Source: Nitrososphaeraceae archaeon
Lineage (GTDB): Archaea; Thermoproteota; Nitrososphaeria; Nitrososphaerales; Nitrososphaeraceae
Direction: 5' to 3'
Assembly: GCA_049578985.1 (NCBI GenBank)
Contig: JBAUMZ010000114.1
Span: 95,936-119,935, forward strand
Length of the DNA stretch: 24,000 nt
The notes beneath the pieces were generated by a model. It had not been told where the DNA came from. It saw only the letters and a program-made list of their open reading frames with translations, and made no database searches. Position 1 is the first letter of the stretch. Each line of letters starts with the position of its first letter. Positions 19,080 through 24,000 of the stretch are shown here, in pieces. The translations under genes and the position numbers were made by a program.

Positions 19080-19418
19080 TCACGCTTGACCGAGTATGAT
19101 GAACATCATGACGATACCGTAAATCGCGATTGATTCTACCATACCTACAATAATGAAAACCCTAGACTGCATTTTAGGATTATCACTAATAGCTGCTAGG
19201 CCGGCAGCCCCTACGTAACCAAGTCCGATACCTGCACCAAGAGCGGCCAAACCAAACGCCATTCCTGCACCTATCAGCTTGAACGAGCTTGTATCACCCG
19301 CGGATGCCCCTTCCTGAGCATATGCTACAGACCCCATGGAATTTACAGTTATGAAAGTTATTGTGGTCAGAGCCACGATAACCGGGATAAAAACATGTCC
19401 TCCCTTTCCTTTCTTCAT
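19080..19418 (-). CDS. atpK: A/V-type ATPase proteolipid subunit K (c-subunit)
   Basis: 112-aa ORF with a Gly/Ala-rich helical hairpin (GAGMAFGLAALGAGIGLGYVGAAGLAAIS..) and the carboxylate in VGMVESIAIYG. It is preceded by a signal-like N-terminal extension. Confidence 0.9.
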   Translation of the reverse strand: MKKGKGGHVFIPVIVALTTITFITVNSMGSVAYAQEGASAGDTSSFKLIGAGMAFGLAALGAGIGLGYVGAAGLAAISDNPKMQSRVFIIVGMVESIAIYGIVMMFIILGQA

Positions 19419-19531
19419 AGGGGTTCGAGATGGGACGCCCTATTTAATGATATCTCGGCAAATGGACAATTCTACATATTAAAGAAGAATCATAACGGAT
19501 TGTTACTAAGTAAGAAACCATGGTAAATGAC

Positions 19532-19663
19532 CTATATTTTGGAGAGTGCTTTGCGTTTACATTCACCAAGCATCTCTTTCGTCTGCTCTACCATAGTTTC
19601 ATATTCTTTCTTGAGAACATCTTTTGATTCCTCAGAAAAATTTGATATTATATTCTCGCTCAT
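19532..19663 (-). CDS. Candidate 43-aa ORF between atpD and atpK, not in the ORF track
   Basis: Hand translation gives MSENIISNFSEESKDVLKKEYETMVEQTKEMLGECKRKALSKI, from ATG 19663 to stop 19532-19534. It is on the same strand as the operon and fills most of the otherwise empty 279-nt D-K gap. Confidence 0.35.
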   Translation of the reverse strand: MSENIISNFSEESKDVLKKEYETMVEQTKEMLGECKRKALSKI

Positions 19664-19697
19664 GTCCCAATTAGTTCCCAGAGCAATCCCGACGATA

Positions 19698-20336
19698 TTA
19701 AAGCTTTTTCCTTTCGAGTACTGCTTTAACTTTTTTGAGTCTTACGAACTCTTCTCTTTCTCGTTCTTCGAGAGTAGCACGAATAAATGCTATCGCATTT
19801 TCATACTGTGGAATTATGACATACTCTAACGCATTAATCAACTTCTGAGTTCTCTCGAGTTCCTTTGCCAAACTAAATATTGCATTCTCATATTCGGCTG
19901 CCTTGCAAATTTGAGGGAGTATATTCTTTATTAGTTTCGCGCCTTTATCTACCGAAGCGTTGGTTTCCACGAAACCGTATGATAATTCTTGTCCCCCCTG
20001 TTTGCTGCTGACGTGAAGAGTTGGGATCCTTACGTCAACAACTCTTCGTACATTTACGTCAACCTCCATAATACTGGGAGTAGAATCGGATATTGATTCA
20101 AGTGTTGTTGTTCCAAGCGACATGTAGGAATCGTATACGGATGAATAGATCTCTGCTAATGGCGACCAGATATCACCTCTGGCCTTGTTTGCCTCCTCGA
20201 TCATTTCGTCTATCTTTTTTAACAGAACCTCCCGTTTATCATCTAGAATCTTGTGAACCATCTTTCCTACCTGCATGGAACGGCGGATCTTGATTAGCTC
20301 AATCTTTGTAGCAGTAACCCTTCCACCAAATGACAT
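19698..20336 (-). CDS. atpD: A/V-type ATPase subunit D (central stalk)
   Basis: 212-aa ORF. The N-terminus TATKIELIKIRRSMQVGKMVHKILDDKREVLLKK and C-terminus ALEYVIIPQYENAIAFIRATLEEREREEF match subunit D. Confidence 0.9.
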   Translation of the reverse strand: MSFGGRVTATKIELIKIRRSMQVGKMVHKILDDKREVLLKKIDEMIEEANKARGDIWSPLAEIYSSVYDSYMSLGTTTLESISDSTPSIMEVDVNVRRVVDVRIPTLHVSSKQGGQELSYGFVETNASVDKGAKLIKNILPQICKAAEYENAIFSLAKELERTQKLINALEYVIIPQYENAIAFIRATLEEREREEFVRLKKVKAVLERKKL

Positions 20337-20346
20337 AATTAAAAGA

Positions 20347-21735
20347 TCATTTCGTCTCCTTGTAGTACTGTCTCACATGTTTTTCCTTTATCTTTGTTAG
20401 CTCACCTTCAGGTAAAGTTGAGAGAACGTCCCATGCTCTTGAAAGCGTCTCCTCTAATCCCCTATTTTCATCATTTACCTGTTTCAGAAAATGGTTTTCA
20501 AACATATCGCCTGCATCCAAATACTTGAGGTCGACTCCAGTCAATCCTGATCTTCCTACGATTTCGGCTAGAGCTCTTACTTCCTGAGCTCGAGAGTAGG
20601 CGTCGTAAAGCTGGTTACCTACTTCCATGTGATCTGATCTCGTTTTTCCCTCCCCAACACCGTCTTTCATAAGTCTTGAAAGCGACATAAGGACGCCCAC
20701 AGGTGGATAAACACCTTTTCGGAAGAGATCTCTTCCTAACACTATCTGACCTTCTGTAATGTAACCGGTGAGGTCAGGAATAGGGTGGGTTATATCGTCA
20801 GCAGGCATAGATAGTATAGGCACCTGTGTTACACTACCATTTTTCCCTCTAATGCGTCCAGCGCGTTCGTAATTGTTTGCCAAGTCAGTGTACAGGTAAC
20901 CTGGGTATCCTTTCCTTCCTGGGACTTCTTCTCTTGCGGCGCTAATCTCACGTAATGCCTCAGCGTAGTTGGTCATGTCAGTCAGAATCGCTAAGACATG
21001 CATCCCCAGATCAAAGGCCAGATATTCGGCTACAGTAAGTGCTACTCTAGGAGTTATAATTCGCTCGATTGCTGGATCATCTGCTAGGTTAAGAAATAAT
21101 ACGCTTCGTCTCAAGGCCCCAGACTCTTCAAGGCTTCGCTTAAAGTATTGCGCCTCCGAATATTGAACTCCAATGGCTGCGAAGACGACAGCAAAATCTT
21201 CTTTTGTTCCTACGACTGATGCTTGCCTAGCTATTTGCGCTGCCAGAATGTTATGTGGCATGCCGGAGCCAGAGAATATCGGAAGTTTCTGGCCACGGAC
21301 GAGTGTGAGCATTCCGTCAATCACAGAGACCCCCGTTTGTATGAATGAAGTAGGATATTCCCTTCGTTCAGGGTTCATTGGTTCTCCGTTTACATCAAGG
21401 AATTTCTCCGCTATAGGATCAGGGAGACCATCATTGGGTCGGCCGAGTCCATCGAATACTCTTCCCAAGAGTTCTGGAGAAACGGGCATAGCCATAGTTT
21501 TACCTAAGAATTTAGCTTTCGTTCCACTGATTGCCAGCCCCGTAGTACCCTCAAATACTTGCACTACCGCCTTTCCGTAGCCTACCTCTAGTACCCTGCC
21601 GAGTCTTCTAATGGAATCTGAAGTCTCGATTTCAACTAGTTCGTCGAATGACGCTTTTGTGATTCCATCAATGATAATGAGAGGACCTTTAATTTCGGCT
21701 ACTTTGGTATATTCAATGGCAGCTGATTCAGACAA
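20347..21735 (-). CDS. atpB: A/V-type ATPase subunit B (non-catalytic)
   Basis: 462-aa ORF with typical B-subunit blocks ([63 protein letters not shown]). Confidence 0.95.
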   Translation of the reverse strand: MSESAAIEYTKVAEIKGPLIIIDGITKASFDELVEIETSDSIRRLGRVLEVGYGKAVVQVFEGTTGLAISGTKAKFLGKTMAMPVSPELLGRVFDGLGRPNDGLPDPIAEKFLDVNGEPMNPERREYPTSFIQTGVSVIDGMLTLVRGQKLPIFSGSGMPHNILAAQIARQASVVGTKEDFAVVFAAIGVQYSEAQYFKRSLEESGALRRSVLFLNLADDPAIERIITPRVALTVAEYLAFDLGMHVLAILTDMTNYAEALREISAAREEVPGRKGYPGYLYTDLANNYERAGRIRGKNGSVTQVPILSMPADDITHPIPDLTGYITEGQIVLGRDLFRKGVYPPVGVLMSLSRLMKDGVGEGKTRSDHMEVGNQLYDAYSRAQEVRALAEIVGRSGLTGVDLKYLDAGDMFENHFLKQVNDENRGLEETLSRAWDVLSTLPEGELTKIKEKHVRQYYKETK

Positions 21736-23518
21736 CCACTTTCACCTCTTCTTTACCCTGTAGTCTTCTAAACTGATCAATCATTTCGCTTTCGAGGCCA
21801 TCTAGTCGCTGTACCTCCTCGTCCGGAATCTCAAATTTTGCTTTCAGTAGGGAGCTAATAACTGGCATTGCCCTTATATCAGCCAACGGAGCACCTTCTC
21901 TTAAGGCCTTAAGTGCCTCCTTATAGAATCTGACCATGAGTTTGACTAATTTCAACTGCTTTTGTGGGCTGCAATACGTATCAACCTTGTCGAAGGAATT
22001 CTGCTGTAGAATTCCTATTTTTAACATTCGTGCGACTTCTAAGACAAGTTTTTCTTCGTCAGGAAGCGCTTCCGGTCCAAGGAGCCTAACGATTTCTTTT
22101 AGTGTATCCTCTCTCTGCAAAATATGATATGACTCTCCTCTCAACTCATACCATTCGCTGCTTACGTTTTCCTTCCACCATTTGGCAACATCCTCCAAGT
22201 ACCCTGAATACGATTGCATCCAGTTAATCGAAGGATAATGCCTAGAGTATGCAAGTCTGGTATCCAAAGCCCAGAATGTCTTGATAAACCTGATGGTATG
22301 AGTCGTCACGGGCTCTGTGAAATCGGCTCCCGAAGGAGACACAGCTCCTATCAGAGTCACGGATCCGCTTCTTTCCGGCAAGCCCAAAGACCTAACTCGC
22401 CCTGCTCGTTCATAGAATTCTGCCAATCTTGAGGCAAGATAGGAAGGATAGCCTTCTTCAGCAGGCATTTCTTCAAGTCTTCCTGACATTTCTCTCAAGG
22501 CCTCAGCCCACCTACTTGTGGAATCAGCAACCAAGACAGTATCAAACCCCATGTCTCTGTAATATTCTGCAATAGTCACACCTGTGTAAATGGAAGCTTC
22601 TCGGGCGGCCACTGGCATATTGCTTGTGTTTGCTACAAGAACTGTTCTTTCCATCAACGGTCTACCTGAACGCGGATCAAGAAGGTGAGGAAATTCGACC
22701 AATACCTCGGTCATTTCATTTCCACGTTCGCCACATCCAATATAGACAACAACTTTCGAATCAGCCCATTTTGCTATCTGATGTAGTGTTACGGTCTTCC
22801 CGGTTCCAAATCCACCAGGAATGGCTCCCGTCCCCCCCTTTGCGATGGGGAAGTATGTGTCAATAATACGCTGGCCGGTGACAAGCGGTACCGTAGGATC
22901 ATATCTTTCGGTGTAAGGTCTGGGATGTCGAACTGGCCATTTGTGGTACATCTTTAGCTCTGTATGATAGCCACCATCTTTTTGTGTCTCAGCCAAAACA
23001 TGTTCCAGGTCATATTCACCTTCCCCAACCATGTTAGTTATCACACCTCCACGATGATTGGGAGGCACAAGAATGCTATGAGTAAGCAACGGTGTTTCGT
23101 CCACCGTGCCTAAAATGGATCCACCGGTTATATTATCTCCTTTCTTTACCGTTGGAATGAACTTGAACTTCTTCTTAAGATCTATTGGCGTGGTTTCGAT
23201 TCCCCTTCCGATGAAATCGCCTGATTTCTTCGCCATCTCGCTCAATGGCCTTTGTATCCCGTCATAGATCTGGCCAATGATCCCTGGGCCAAGAGTGACA
23301 GAGAGCGGTTGACCTGTTCCCACTACAGGTTCTCCAGGTTTCAGACCTGAAGTCGTCTCATAAACTTGGATAAATGCCACGTCTCCGGTAAGCCTAATGA
23401 CTTCACCAATGAGTTTAGATTCACCTACCTCAACAGTTTCGTACATCTTCGTAGCTGACATTCCGTCGGCCCTGACCGCTGGACCGCTAACCCAGACTAT
23501 TCTACCTTTTGCGACCAA
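21728..23518 (-). CDS. atpA: A/V-type ATPase subunit A (catalytic)
   Basis: 596-aa ORF with Walker [11 protein letters not shown], the non-homologous insert region typical of A subunits, and [34 protein letters not shown]. It overlaps atpB by 8 nt. Confidence 0.95.
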   Translation of the reverse strand: MVAKGRIVWVSGPAVRADGMSATKMYETVEVGESKLIGEVIRLTGDVAFIQVYETTSGLKPGEPVVGTGQPLSVTLGPGIIGQIYDGIQRPLSEMAKKSGDFIGRGIETTPIDLKKKFKFIPTVKKGDNITGGSILGTVDETPLLTHSILVPPNHRGGVITNMVGEGEYDLEHVLAETQKDGGYHTELKMYHKWPVRHPRPYTERYDPTVPLVTGQRIIDTYFPIAKGGTGAIPGGFGTGKTVTLHQIAKWADSKVVVYIGCGERGNEMTEVLVEFPHLLDPRSGRPLMERTVLVANTSNMPVAAREASIYTGVTIAEYYRDMGFDTVLVADSTSRWAEALREMSGRLEEMPAEEGYPSYLASRLAEFYERAGRVRSLGLPERSGSVTLIGAVSPSGADFTEPVTTHTIRFIKTFWALDTRLAYSRHYPSINWMQSYSGYLEDVAKWWKENVSSEWYELRGESYHILQREDTLKEIVRLLGPEALPDEEKLVLEVARMLKIGILQQNSFDKVDTYCSPQKQLKLVKLMVRFYKEALKALREGAPLADIRAMPVISSLLKAKFEIPDEEVQRLDGLESEMIDQFRRLQGKEEVKVVV

Positions 23519-24000
23519 CTTTCTCTTTCTCTCCCTCTCAAGATTTGGACAATGTTTTTCCTTATTAAAGGTTTGAGCCGTTCAATTCTTGAATCAATGG
23601 AATCATCATATGTTAGTGTTCCATCTGATGAAGTGGCACGTATGCCTCCCAATATGTCAATATTCTTATCCACCACAACCATCTTTGTTCCCTTTTCCTT
23701 GTTAATGCTTTCTACAACTCTTCGTACCATGTTCGAATCAGTCTTGTTACATTCGATAGAAAGGTCATTCTTTCCGATTTCATTGAAGCTATTCATTAAA
23801 GCTTGCTTCATCAAATTTTCATAATCCGGTTCCTCGTGTAGGGATAGCAATCTCTTCCTTGCCATCTCGAAGACGGTTTTGACTGAATCCTCTACTAGGA
23901 CGAGCTGATTGTTCCTTGCAGAGAGTCTGCTTGAACCAACGATTTGTCGCTTAAGATTTTCGGCCTGCTTCTTTGCATTTTCAAGTATTACCATGTATTC
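23497..24000 (-). CDS. atpE: A/V-type ATPase subunit E (peripheral stalk), probably 5'-truncated by the window edge
   Basis: The C-terminal block [27 protein letters not shown] is typical of subunit E. The frame stays open from ATG 23994 to position 24000, so the start may lie outside the window. Confidence 0.8.
   Translation of the reverse strand, partial: EYMVILENAKKQAENLKRQIVGSSRLSARNNQLVLVEDSVKTVFEMARKRLLSLHEEPDYENLMKQALMNSFNEIGKNDLSIECNKTDSNMVRRVVESINKEKGTKMVVVDKNIDILGGIRATSSDGTLTYDDSIDSRIERLKPLIRKNIVQILRGRERESWSQKVE

Noticed and set aside
15588-19829. Many 63-114-aa ORFs antisense to or nested in rnz, the MurI-like gene, atpI and atpD (for example 15588..15851, 15893..16177, 16199..16531, 16566..16807, 17180..17902, 18350..18550, 19527..19829).
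   Set aside because: All overlap well-supported genes on the other strand or frame and lack motifs, so they are treated as shadow ORFs.
20093-23824. Antisense or nested ORFs inside atpD, atpB, atpA and atpE (20093..20293, 20969..21166, 21173..21580, 21936..22127, 22214..22432, 22624..22866, 23552..23824).
   Set aside because: They are shadow ORFs within highly conserved ATPase genes.

Overview
This window looks like core chromosome of an ammonia-oxidising archaeon (Nitrososphaeria/Thaumarchaeota), at roughly 40-45% GC by eye. It carries the ammonia monooxygenase genes amoA and amoX on the minus strand and amoB diverging on the plus strand, with no amoC between them. That layout resembles the Nitrososphaera-like (group I.1b) arrangement. 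Around them are housekeeping genes: PLP synthase pdxS/pdxT, a two-subunit 2-oxoacid:ferredoxin oxidoreductase, seryl-tRNA synthetase, a Pcc1-like KEOPS subunit, a RecJ/Cdc45-like protein, ribosomal protein S15, a radical-SAM protein, RNase Z, a MurI-family protein, and an A/V-type ATPase operon (E-A-B-D-small ORF-K-I, with E running off the window). There are two tRNA genes, Thr-GGU and a doubly interrupted Leu-UAA. I found no CRISPR array, transposase, integrase or defence-type gene cluster, so I cannot support a claim of a new multi-gene system. The points most worth a second look are: (1) a ~98-bp tandem duplication between amoX and amoA that duplicates the amoX 3' end, a T-tract and a TATA-like element; (2) a MurI-family protein with both catalytic cysteines replaced by serine; (3) an untracked 47-aa Cys-rich CPxCG-type ORF upstream of the oxidoreductase; (4) the two-intron tRNA-Leu, whose 3' half is overlapped antisense by pdxT; (5) two adjacent small membrane proteins near the amo genes; (6) a GC-rich structured intergenic island. 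All product calls come from motif recognition by eye and no searches were run.
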